Positions 51,431 to 64,000 of a stretch of DNA of 64,000 nt are shown here, one piece after another. Within the stretch, counting starts at the first letter, position 1. The number at the start of each line of letters is the position of its first letter. A program made the translations under genes and the position numbers. Origin of the DNA: Octopus vulgaris (lineage: Eukaryota). Below the pieces are notes generated by a model. That model was given only the letters and a program-made list of their open reading frames with translations, had not been told where the DNA came from and did not search any database. Where the stretch lies: NCBI GenBank assembly GCA_951406725.2, contig OX597830.1, positions 58,714,001 to 58,778,000 of the forward strand, written 5' to 3'.

Positions 51431-53743
51431 CATATATATACTGTATATATAATTAATAAGTTTGAAAATGGAAAAATTCAATGGATATGAATTAATTTAT
51501 TAATTTATCAACATTTCCTACAATTGTTTCTCTCCACACCAAATTTAAGTTACAAAACATATATAATAAGTTTGCATTCTGTGTACCCTGGGTGGAAGAT
51601 CTTCAGGGCAAAATGGACATTACAGCGTTTTCATTTTGAACAATTGAAATACTCCAACAGACTAAGCAGCTGAAAGCATGTTTATTGTGCGTATGTGTGT
51701 ATATATATGTATACACATATGCGTGTGTGTGTGTGTGTATCCGACGGGTTTCTTTCAGTTTCCATTTACCACATCCACTCACAAAGCTTTGGTGGGCTTG
51801 AAGCTATAGGAGAAGACAGTTGTCTAAGGTGGCACGCAGTGGGATGGAACCGGGTACCATGTGATTGGGACTCAATTTCTTTCATTTCTTTTATATGTTT
51901 CAGCTCAAAGACTGTGGCCATGCTGGAGCACCACTATCATAAAAGTTGCCAGCAGGTGGCTTTGTAGAATCGAATCCCGTTCCCGTCATATATATGTACA
52001 TATATATTAGTGTCAGACCGCGGGCTGCGTCCATGCTGGGGCACCACCGATAGCTTTGCTGGATTTCATTACTTGAAACCTCTTCTGATATATCGCATTT
52101 GGTGAATGAGGGAGTCTGATATTGCTGTTCTCTGTGCTTCCTGCCGCGAGGTGGGTTCATCTGGAACTCTTGACAGAAGGCACCCGGGGGCTCCACCTTC
52201 ATGGATTCAGTATCGACTAATAAACCTATTATTAAATTTAGTCCTTTATTGATCTCTATCAAACTGCTAAGTCGTGGAACGTGGAGCGGTTTTCAAAGGC
52301 TCAAACCTTTAAAACCGTTGCTGTTAATACACACCACCACACATATACGCATACATGTAAACATATGTATACGCACACACTCACGCACACACACATGTAT
52401 ACACGTGAGGGTGGGGCACCGAAAAGTTCCTGGCTTTGGATAAAAGAAAATATTGGAAGATCAGTATATGTGTGTGTGCGTGTGAGTGCGTGTGTGCGTG
52501 TACGTGTGCGTGTGTGTGTATGTGTGCGTGTGTGTGTGTGTGTGTGTGTGCGTGTGTGTGTATACGCGCATACAGATAGGCGTGATCTGTTGTAACTGAC
52601 GCCACTTGAGTGAAGAAGTAATCGTTTCGATAAAGAAATTTGTAAAACTTACGTAAGTCGTTTCCCATTTACAGAAAACATGGCGAGATTCAAGAAATCT
52701 GGCAAAAAATACCGAATATAAATAACGATGGAACTCTTTGCAGAAAATAGAAACTTTATTAAGGGCAAAACATAATATCAATGTTTGCTAATATGGCGCT
52801 GTATGTGTGCGTGTGTATGTATGTATGTATGTATGTATGTATGTATGTATGTATGTATGTATGTATGTATGTATGTATGTATGTATGTATGTGTGTATGT
52901 ATGTATGTATGTATGTGTGTGTGTATGTATGTATGTATGTGTGTATGTATGTATGTATGTATGTATGTGTGTATGTATGTATGTATGTATGTATGTATGT
53001 ATGTATGTATGTATGTATGTATGATCTGTGAATTTTTTCCATCAGTTGATGAAAAACAAAAAGAGAAAAAAAACAAACAAACAAAAGCAGAAAAGAAAAG
53101 AAAAGAAATAAAGAAGTTGACGGTGTTGCAATGTTTCTCCTTGAAATATTTGTTCTTTTGATTAGGGGCCAGCCCTCTCCCCTTCCCGCTCCACCCCCAC
53201 CTTCATTTTCATCCTGTTTTTCTTGCATTATCTGTTACTATTTGGTAAAGCAAAAATATCTCGCTATTTCTTTCCTTTCTTATCAACGAGAAAGATTTTG
53301 ACATTGTAGTTTTTTTCTGTTTTCTATAATGCTTTTTTTTCTAATTATCCTTGTTTATTTTTTCTTTTCATTTACCTTTTTAATTCTCTTTATTCTTTTT
53401 TCGTTTTCTTTCTTCTTTTCATAAATATTACAACTGTTGTAAGCTGAACAGTTTGTGTCTTTGCTTCAACAGTATAAAAGATAAAAATGAAGTCGCAGCT
53501 GGTATTGCTACGCCTTCGTTTGTTTCCTGCAAAATGTACTCCTTAAAGAGAAGCGCTTTCCTATTATATTCTGTGAAGGGACCAGAGAATGGATAAAAGG
53601 CTAAATAAATCTGAGCAAAACAATACTTTTCTGTATGAAAAGATATTAAAATCTTCCAAGAAAAAAAAAGAACCCGACATTAGAGATCGACATATGCATG
53701 TAGGTATGTATGTATATTTGTATGTATGTGGCTGTGTATATGT

Positions 53744-53791
<48 letters not shown>

Positions 53792-54178
53792 AACAACATG
53801 CAGGTAGTTAGATAGCCAGGTTGTTAGGTGTGTGGGTAGAGTAAGTAGGTAGGCTGGTTGGTCGGTCGGTTGGTCGGTTTGTGTGGAGTTAGCTGGGAAG
53901 GTTCAGAGATGAAGAGATAAATATATTTTGTAGATGAGTAAAATGTAGATAATAATATAATATATTTTAGCTTATAAATTAATAATAAATATATATTTGT
54001 ATACACACACATACATAGATATGTAGATGTATGTGTGAAGATAGGTAGGCAGGTATATAAATACTTTCATACACATGTATATCTCTCTGTCTGTCCGTCT
54101 ACCTACCTACCTACCTACCTACCTACCTACCTACCTACCTACCTACCTACCTACCTACCTACATACCTACCTACCTAC

Positions 54179-54258
<80 letters not shown>

Positions 54259-54590
54259 ACACAGGACCCTCGCTTTATGGGAATAACGCGTTTCTGAAAA
54301 TCTAGCCGTAATGTAAAATTTATTTTCCTACTGATTCCTAGAGACCTTGCGTTCCTACAGAAGAAGAAGAAGAAGAAGAAGAAGAAGAAGAAGAAGAAGA
54401 AGAAGAAGAAGAAGAAGAAGAAGAAGAAGAAGAAGAAGAAGAAGAAGAAGAAGAAGAAAGCAACAGAGAACAATCAACACCATCAACTTTATATTTTAAA
54501 ATGATTTGTAAATATACATGGTACGATATATATATATATATATAAATATAGTTAGCCACTACACACATTTTTTCTCTCCTAGTTTCTCCC

Positions 54591-54626
54591 CTTTCTGTAG
54601 AAGAGCGTAGGCTCGAAACGTAAAAG
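54591..54626 (+). ncRNA. Minimal hammerhead-like motif in a (TA)n-flanked element (~54550-54718)
   Basis: cttt-CTGTAGA-a-gagc(gtag)gctc-GAAAC-GTA-aaag; A6 replaced by U. Confidence 0.5.
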
Positions 54627-54713
54627 ATTTTTTCTATTCCTGAGCGTTATACTAATACATCTGTTTGTTTTGTACACCACCTGTCTTCGTCTTTTGTTTT
54701 TTTCGTAAACTCT

Positions 54714-54753
<40 letters not shown>

Positions 54754-54807
54754 TGCCCCAGCATGGCCACAGCTCATGAGCTGAAACTAGAATCAATCAA
54801 TCAATCA

Positions 54808-54850
<43 letters not shown>

Positions 54851-55194
54851 CTTTCCAGAAGGGATGCGTTAGGGAATTTATAAGAATCATAATATCGTAA
54901 GAGTATGTTCCCGGTACAAAAGATGTTGGCTACTGTGTGAGGGGTGGTGGTGGAATAAGCGTTACTAGGGGGTGGGGCGAGGGACAATATTTACTATCTT
55001 ATAATTGAGTATCGATTTGAAAGGTGAAGAACTTATCCAAATTTGTTTGTTGTTTATGATGCATCATCTGGTTTACACGGTTCAGTATGGGAACTGATCT
55101 CATTGTAAATTCCTCTTGTAATTTTTATGTTACGTTTACGATAAGAATCATTATCTGCAAAAAAGAAACACCTGCAAACCTTCCTCCAATAACT

Positions 55195-55483
55195 ACCTAT
55201 TTCTTTACTACCCACAAGGGGCTAAACACAGAGAGCGATGGTCGAAATACCTATTTCTTTACTACCCACAAGGGGCTAAACACAGAGAGGACAAACAAGG
55301 ACAGACAAACGGATTAAGTCGATTACATCGACCCCAGTGCGTAACTGGTACTTAATTTATCGACCCCAAAAGGATGAAAGGTAAAGTCGACCTCGGCGGA
55401 ATTTGAACTCACAACGTAACGACAGACGAAATACACCCACGCATTTCGCACGGCGTGCTAATGTTTCTGCCAGCTCACCACCG
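55195..55483 (-). mobile_element. Major SINE with duplicated tail (further minus copies 58090-58517, 58700-58907)
   Basis: Reverse complement of SINE consensus. Confidence 0.85.
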
Positions 55484-55507
55484 TAATAACTACCGACTGT
55501 TTAGCAA

Positions 55508-55930
55508 TCATTTTTGTAGCCAATTGAAATGGCGTGTCACGATATCTTTCTGAATTTGATGTAGACTTTCTGCTCGGAGAAAACTTGTAGTGTCACGGAT
55601 ACAGTCTGGCCATATATTTTTCCAAGCATTAATCAAAGTTGAGGGTTTCACTTCATACCATGACTCAGCTATATTATCCACAGCATCCTTTATATTGAAT
55701 TTCTTCCAGAAACTCCTCACTGTAGGTGTATAATTCCCAATCAATTACTTGATAATACGCGTTGAAGTTAGCCATCACACTTTGACACATTGCCTTGAGC
55801 AAAGACCTTGTATCCTTCGGGATGTATTCTACTCTTATATTATCAAAAAAAAAAAAAAAAGTCACCTAAGTTCGCTGGGTGGCTCGGTTAATTACCTAAA
55901 AGAAGTTTCACCAGATTCTATAGACAATTC
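55508..55930 (-). mobile_element. Tigger/pogo-like DDE transposase remnant
   Basis: IRVEYIPKDTRSLLKAMCQSVMANFNAYY and FWKKFNIKDAVDNIAESWYEVKPSTLINAWKNIWPD. Confidence 0.8.
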
Positions 55931-55953
55931 TCCCTTTGCATTTCTGACTTAAG

Positions 55954-56074
<121 letters not shown>

Positions 56075-57934
56075 CTGACGTCTGTTGTCGCCAGTTGGAT
56101 TCCAAAGTTGGTGGGTTGACGGTGGCGATGATGTGGGCTGCATTGGTCTTGGTATTAATGACGGTGAGTGAGCATTGTTGGTGTTGTAATGGTCATACTG
56201 TTCTTGCTAACTGTACTATTGTGGCTGTTTAGACCTAAAATCAAAGACAATTTTTAATCTACACCAAGGTACCACATCTATCTTAGTGCTCTACTAGCAA
56301 GCTCATTTGCTATGCTGCGCTGGGAAACATTTACAGAATTGATTTGCGTCTGGCTGATTTGTAAATGGCAAGTGAAGAGACATCCGAATGAATTTGCAAA
56401 GCAGAGATCAATATTTGTTGTAAGCATTTGAGGGAAATGTTGCCTTCCAGTTAGTAAATTAACACCCCAGGACTGCAGCATGTATTGTGTAGTTGATATA
56501 TTTCATACGCGGAGGCGCAATAGCCCAGTGGTTAGGGCAGCGTACTCGCGGTCGTGGGATCGAGGTTTCGATTCCCAGACCCGGCGTTGTGGGTGTTTAT
56601 TGAGCGAAAACACCCAAAGCTCAACAAAGCTCCGGCAGGGGGTGGTGGCAAACCCTACTGTACTCTTCCACCACAACTTTCTCTCGCACTTTCTTCCTGT
56701 TTCTGTTGCACCTGTATTTCAAAGGGCCAGCCTTGTCACACTCTGTGCCACGCTGAATCTCTACGAGAACTACGTTAAGGGTACACGCTAAGCCACTTGT
56801 ACTTTAATTTCACGAGCAGGGTGTTCCGTTGATCGGATCAACTGGAACCCTCGTTGGCGTAACCGACGGAGTACCACCGATAGTTCATACATTTGACACA
56901 GTCCAAGAGCAGTTCGATTCCTTTATCTCGATTTCTTTCGGGGCGGGTTTGCCTTGTTTTCATTTATCCTGAATGCTTTCAGTTTGGTGCCGTTCTTCTT
57001 GCTGGAGAAAACTTTGCTACTGGTTATGGCAATGTGAGGTGGCTCTGTTTGTTAGTTCATGGGGTTGAGGACTAACTGACATTTTCTCTGCTAATTACGG
57101 GACCGCTTCTGTTGTTGTTGCATTCCATGCTGCCCACTTCTTTTTATTTCGACCTCATTGAAGCAAAAGTACCTCAAATGACCCTCACTGTCAAGCTTGT
57201 AGCGATTGGAATTTCTTTTCTTCACTCGTCCTGTCGTTTGTTTTTTCTTTCTGTCTCCAAGAGAGCGTACAGCTCTGGAATAACTATGGATTTAAGGGGG
57301 TCATTAAGATATGTCATCAAACCACATATTCTTCGTGACGCTACCCTCGATAACGTTTACCACAACCCCTGTTTTGTTCCACGCCAAGTATTGCGATACA
57401 AGCTTCTGGGTCGGCAGTAACGCACCAACTCAGCCTTGGGTTAACCCCTCGTCCTTCTTTCTGAATACAGTACATATGGTTCTGTAGTTTTTACCTCAGT
57501 TGATGGAGGAGATATTCTTCTATATTCGACCAAAGTTCCCCATTATTGTCTTTTGAAAAGCGTGAGGAAGGCTTTGCAAAATACAGAATTATATATTCTT
57601 TTTCTCTTAGTTGGATAAGGAACTTATGTTTAGCTTGGTATACCATACTTTTTTACATAGCACTGACTGGTAAACGTTCGCTCCGTCAGTTAATTCATAT
57701 CTTATTCCCGTCTACTACAGGCTTCATCATATCCTGGGTAAGGACGGAACTGCTTAACTGATTATTTGAATTGAGATTTTCCACATATTACTTCACTTGC
57801 GAGACGTGTCTGTGTGGTTTATTGTCGCTGCTATTTTTCTCCGGTTTTCTCTGTTCTTCAAACGAAAACAATGTTTTATTGAATGGAAGAAACTTTTTCT
57901 TCGTAAATGAAAGTGTACCCCACAGCACGTGTTT

Positions 57935-58085
57935 ACTGGTCATGCTTCAAGAACCCTGCGAAGAGTTCTTGCAGTTCCAAGCAATGCTGATCTTTGCTGA
58001 TGTGCTATCTTCACACTTGCACCGATCTTTTTCAGTCATGTTGGTAGTTGAGTGCTGATACTTCCAAGTGCACCAGTTACTATTA
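57935..58085 (-). mobile_element. R4/Dong-like LINE 3' fragment
   Basis: Minus strand IIVTGALGSIS...QRSALLGTARTLRRVLEA*. Confidence 0.7.
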
Positions 58086-58918
58086 TTATCCTTTTCTACT
58101 CTAGGCACAAGGCCCGAAATTTTTGGGGAGGAGGCCAGTAAATTAGATCGACCCCAGTACGTAACTGGTACTTAATTTATTGACCCCGAAAGGATGAAAG
58201 GCAAAGTCGACCTCGGTGGAATTTGAACTCAGTACGTAAAGACAGACAAAATACCGCTAACCATTTCGCCCGGCGTGCTAACGTTTCTTATATCTTTATT
58301 GCTCACAAGGGGCTAAACATAGAGGGGACAAACAAGGACTGACAAACAGATTAAGACGATTGCATAGACTCCAGTGTGTACCTGGTACTTAATTTATCGA
58401 CCCCGAATAGATGAAAGGCAAAGTCGACCTCGGCGGAATTTGAACTCAGAACGTAACGGCTGACGAAATACCGTTAAGCATTTCGGTCATGCTAACGTTT
58501 CTGCCAGCTCACCGCCTTCAACTACTATTAATAACACGTCTACTCTCTTCATTGTTTACGAGGAAACTAATAGAGATAGTAAAATTCCTAGAGTTTATTA
58601 TGGAAATTCCATATTAATCTCTCTTTGTAAAAATCCACAATATTGTATTATGAAAGGTTTCAACCTTGAAACAACTATAACAGCAACAACGATGAGAATT
58701 CTTTCCAATTTTTGGGTGAGAACCAGCAATTTTGAGGTGAGGGGAAAATCGATTACGTCGACCCTAGTGCTTAATTGGTACTTGATTTATCGACCCCGGA
58801 AGGACGAAAAGCAAAGTCGAGTTCGGTGGAACTTGAACTCTGAACATAATGCCAGAAGAAATGCTACTGAGTATTTTGTCCGACGCACTAACGATTCTGC
58901 CAGCCTTAAAAACAACGA

Positions 58919-58977
<59 letters not shown>

Positions 58978-59009
58978 ATAATAATAATAATATTAATAAT
59001 AATAATAAT

Positions 59010-60920
59010 ATCCAGTCCGTCCGTCTAGCGCCTCATGACACTGTTGCACGGCCTGGACTCGCCTCTTTAGACGCTGATCCTGTTTAATTTTGGTTTTTCT
59101 CACCGCCACAAAGTCGCTTAGAGCGGTGCTGATCGCCCTGATGTGCTTTGTGTCTGATATTTCTACGGTGACGTCGTCCGCATATGCGGGCATAGATCTT
59201 CCATATTCTAGTTCGCGCGGGATGCCTTTCAATGTATCTAGTTTCTGCAGTATGACTCAAGGGTAAGTACATATTGAAGAGATGAGAAGGGACACACTTA
59301 AAGGACTGCGCACATGATACTGAAGATGAAACCGAAACCAGCTGCCATGAGGACAGCCGACAATGCTGGTGGTCGACCCTGCCAAAAGCTTTCGATTTAT
59401 GTAAGTTGATCAGAGCTCCACTTATGCTGGGCTCTTTACCAACCTTCTCTGCGTTGTATCACATGAGGTGGATAGATCTGTTCGGGATGTTGCATGTTTG
59501 AGTTTCCCCAAAACTACCGATGATAAGCACCAAACTCTTCAGTAAAATCTTGCCAAAATCTTCAAAATCTGTGTTCAGAAGAATTATGGGCAGAAAATTA
59601 TCAATGTAGTCCACTTTTCAGGTCCCTTCTCAACACTGTTCCTCGGTTCATAGAACTGGGAATTCTTCCATTCAGCTGCTAGTAGCGGTAGATATCTGCC
59701 AAGTGGTTACCGAACAAGTCTGGTATACAAACGCGAGGCTCCTAGAGTGACTATCCAAACCACGCGATTTGCTCTTCGTATAGCTAGTCATCGATTCCCA
59801 TATTTCAGTGGCTTTTCGCAACACACCGCCTCTGTTATCGAGAATCCTACTCGAATAGCACACAGTAATCATGGCCCACCAACAGATCTAATTGTAGTTT
59901 TGTTGCTACATTGCACCTGAACCACATGGGCTCATCGAACGGTTTTCGTTCGTGTCTTAGAGCACACGCCTTAGTTCTGTTAACATAACTTTCGAACTTC
60001 TTGGCGAAGAATTGTCGAAGGGCCAACCTCGCTGCAAGTACGTCAGTCGCGAAGCCTTTCCAAAACGCCTCTTCTAAGTTTCTAGATAATTCATCTCTAA
60101 TTTATTTTTCTCTAACGCTGTTTTATTTTTAAACCTTACCGATGCTATTCTAGTCGCTATTTGCAGATCGATCCACCATTTGTCATTCTGTTATTGACAA
60201 TTGGCCCCTTTAATGAAGCTTTAATAATTCGCTTATCAAGTCACTGTAACCTGGCATGCAGACAAAAGACGTACTTAGCTTCTAGTAACTGGGTCTCTGT
60301 CTATGGTCGATCGTAGTCCACATCTTAAAACTGTAGATAATCTACGCTATGTCTACATACTGGCCTACAGAATACGCTATCCAGATACGATCTGAAGGAA
60401 GGAATGCAGTCCGTGTAGACAATAGTACGGGAGATTGAGTCGGTACCTATCAGACAATTGGAAGAGTCTGAGTAGAATTGTGATGCTTTTACCTTTCTCT
60501 CCTTTCGGCTAGTCACTGACAGTTCCACAATGCCACTCTGATCTTTCTCTTTAAAATCATTAAATCTCCCTCTTTAAAATCATTATAGATACCTAAGGGA
60601 ATCTGATCGTGCATCCATATCGGGCTGTAGGCAGCTTCTAGTCGGAAATTACGGTCTTCGTTGTTGGTTGCCTCCAGCAAAATCGACTTAGCTTCTGGGC
60701 CCCGACTTGTCCGACCCCCCCCCCACAACTGTTACTGTCACAGTCAGTAGATTTAAAGATACATACATCTTAGAACTGTAGAAGGTGGGCTTGAAGGCTC
60801 GTACCTCGGAAATTCTGGCCTCACTGATAGCTACAACATTTATATTGACCTGAACTCGTTGACCAAGTAGTATTGCTCCAAGGTGACCCTAATCTCTATG
60901 CATTCATACTGCCTATTCTA
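59010..60920 (-). mobile_element. Decayed L1/Tx1-like LINE (APE + RT remnants)
   Basis: AYADDVT RT motif; LINL...KAF; IVAISEARI endonuclease-like N-terminus; many stops. Confidence 0.65.
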
Positions 60921-61049
60921 AGACCATGTTATACGAAAAGGGGAAGTGAGAAAAATGACTAACCTTATTCCTGTGAGCTGCTTCCAAGTTTTTCTATCGA
61001 TGTTCTTTTTCTTTCGCTCATCCTTTTCCCATTCAATACTTCTTATTCC

Positions 61050-61420
61050 ATGGCTTATTAGAGATGTTGTAATCAGTCTGCTTCCTTGTATGATGTTTTC
61101 ACATTCAATTTGAAATATTAGAACCTTTTTTTCTACGAAAATAGTCTTTCAATATTTTTGATTTTGTCACCTTCCGGTATTTATACATTTCTTCTGCGTT
61201 GAATGACTTTATATTCTCATCGTTAACGAGATCTATTCCAGTAAGTTTTATAGATTTTCCCTGCTTCATCCCTATCCTTGCAAGTTTTTCCATTCCGAAG
61301 GTCATCCCGATATTGGTTCTAAATATTCCTACAGTTTGCACCAAGAAACCCATTTCGATCTTGAATTTGTCATAAAACTTGAAGTCAACAATAAACTAAA
61401 AATGACTCACATTTCTCCTA
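61050..61420 (-). mobile_element. R4/Dong-like RT fragment
   Basis: LVQTVGIFRTNIGMTFGMEKLARIGMKQGK...IKSFNAEEMYKY. Confidence 0.7.
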
Positions 61421-61580
61421 ATTCCCCCCCCCCCCCCCCACGGAATACCTTTACTTAGCATTGTTTAATATAATCAACAAATGGATGAGTGAAATTGCAA
61501 GCAAGGCAGGAGATATGCTGTCCCTTAAAAGATTACTACTACTACTAACAACAACAACAACAACAACAACTACCACCACC

Positions 61581-61633
<53 letters not shown>

Positions 61634-64000
61634 AGCCATTCACTGAATTTAGACTTTTGTTTTGTTTTGTGGACTGTATGTGTGGCCAGCTCTCCCTTTT
61701 TGAAAGCCTATTTACAAGTCACAACACAGTTTGTTTTCAAATACGAGAAAATTGAACACTTTCCTTTCGTTGTTCATTGCTCGAAATGAATTTACGATTA
61801 ATACCAAAGCTAACAAAACATCTTTATCAACTAAAATATGTGAATACAACTCTGTCACATCAAATATAAACTCACTAAAATGTAAGGATTTTGTACTTTG
61901 TTCTTGGTAAGTTTCTCAATTAATTGTTTCCAGATCAGTTAAGGAAAAAGAGGTTTGGCATTGAAACTCTGAACTTGCAGAATATTTGGCTGTTATTATC
62001 TCTACTCGAGTATTCCATAAGTGAGTTAGGCAACGATCGAACTATCACATCTTTTTAAGGTATAGTCCAGTTAGGACAACATTATTTAATCCGTTTTTTG
62101 TTAAGACGCTAAGATACTTTAATAATTTACAAGACCGAGATCAAAGTAAAAATATTCAAACAATTTATAGAAGCGTTTCAGTTGACAGCGTTTATTTTTC
62201 AGAGACAACAAACAGAACTTCTTCAGTTTCACTGAATATCATCAGATTTCGGTAAATTTTCGATGAAATAACTTTCGGTTTACGATTCCGTCAAAAAAGT
62301 ATTTTCTTTCCATAGAAAACCGTAACAACAGAAGAAATATTGACGCTAAAATATGGGGACAGAGTCGAGCTGTAAATTACCGTGAAATACTACCATTTTG
62401 ATACCATATCAAATGAATTGTAAAAAGTTATCTATTTGAGCTGCTATATTTTTAAAAATCTGTCTTTTTACTTAGGTGTCGTCTGAGCGTGATTCAACAT
62501 TTTTTCTTGATACTGGGATTTTAAAGTACTTAAACCATGGTGCTACCATCCCGCCGGAACATTACCGGTCATATTTGGAAAATATTTAAATTTATTTCAC
62601 GAGAGCCAGAATAGACTACTGGACGAAATACCTTGCGGCATATAGTTACGACCCTTTAAGCTCCCTGTTCAAATTCAATCGTGGCTAACTTTACTTGTCA
62701 TTCCCACCCCATCTCATAGTTAATGAAATGAAATCGAGTACCAGCATCGGTTTAATCGACTGCTTTCGGCCCCTCACTGTGTGACACTGAACCAATTTTG
62801 TAAATTCATATTATATCTTGGAATTTGGTTAGATTTGATATTAATTCTAAAGATTCTTTGAATATTTTTGGTCTCCCATTTTTGGTTTATATTCTCCTTT
62901 AATATAAACATTTATTCTTTTGCGCTGTAAAGTTTCTATTATCGCATCACAGTTTCTCCTGTCCCAGAAGATGATATTTCCCCTCTAATCAGAACTTTTC
63001 CATGTTGTTCCACTTTGGTCGTTAGGTGTCGTCTCATAACTCCTTTCGTAAGAGTTCCTACATCTGCATTATCTATTATTAACGCAATTCTTTAATTGGT
63101 CCAATTATTTCTTAGATGTTAGGTTATTGGACTCAAGATTGTGGTTTCGATTCCTGTACCGTGCGATGCGTTGTGTTCTTGAGCAAAACACTTTATTTCA
63201 TGTTTCTTCAGTTCGCTCAGCTGGCAAAAATGAGTCACCCTCCGATGGACCGGCGTCTCATCCAAGGGGAATACATAAACGCTAGAGAAACAGGGAAGCC
63301 GGCTCTGTGCTCCTTACAGAGTAACGCGGATTAACCCTTGCTCACATCTGCTCCAGTGAAATCCCTGCATCGTGTAACATAATCCCTGATATACAACAGT
63401 TTTGTTTCAATAATCTTATAATAAATGATTGGACGAACTGTATTTCCATTTACAATAATATTCAGTGAACATTACAGTAATTTTATTCTCAACATAGGTT
63501 TTTACAAAATAGCTTCATTTTCTGTTTAGAATGAGACAATTCATATAACTTAGTTTTCAAGAACAAAATAAAACATGTTTGATTGACTGCACAAACAGTA
63601 ATAAACACAGAACGTTAACTACAAGAACACAAGAAAACATATAACGTGGACATCAAAGACGGAATGAAACGTATAACTTAGACGGCAAGTATAAAGAAAT
63701 ATTACAGGAAGACTGTAAGTACAGCAATAATTATATAGGTTAGATTTCAAATACTTAGAAAAAGCATGACACTTAGGTTTCAAGATCTGAGGAAGGCATG
63801 AAAGTTTGATATTATTGACAGAGAAAGCGTATAATTTATATTTTCAAAGTTATGTAAAAAAAAAAAAAGTAATAATGAAAGATTTTGGTTTTGAAAAACT
63901 ACAGAAATTGTTCTTCGACAACTGGAGAAAGCATCTAAACTTTTAAAGATAAAAAAAAGCACCAAGCTTTTAATGGCAGAGTAAAAATATGGAAGTTATT

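Overview
AT-rich, microsatellite- and transposon-dense animal genomic DNA; the SINE and LINE repertoire suggests an octopus (inferred, not verified). One host gene is resolved by hand: a LIV-1-subfamily ZIP metal transporter most like SLC39A12/ZIP12 on the + strand. It has 13 phase-consistent coding exons (2354-30626, 2004 nt = 667 aa + stop), lacks its N-terminus in this window, and carries a very long extracellular (DDH)n tract and a probable GC-AG intron. The rest is tRNA-derived SINEs, R4/Dong, CR1, Tx1 and RTE LINE remnants, mariner/Tigger/hAT/Helitron elements and a 2.5-kb 27-bp minisatellite. The most notable signal is a recurring class of fold-back (palindromic) insertions from several unrelated families. 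One is a coding Penelope-like element (RT thumb + GIY-YIG); most carry type-I hammerhead ribozyme motifs with variant cores; one non-coding family has target-site duplications and a conserved multi-hairpin module but no hammerhead I could find. All calls are by eye; no searches or folding programs were run.
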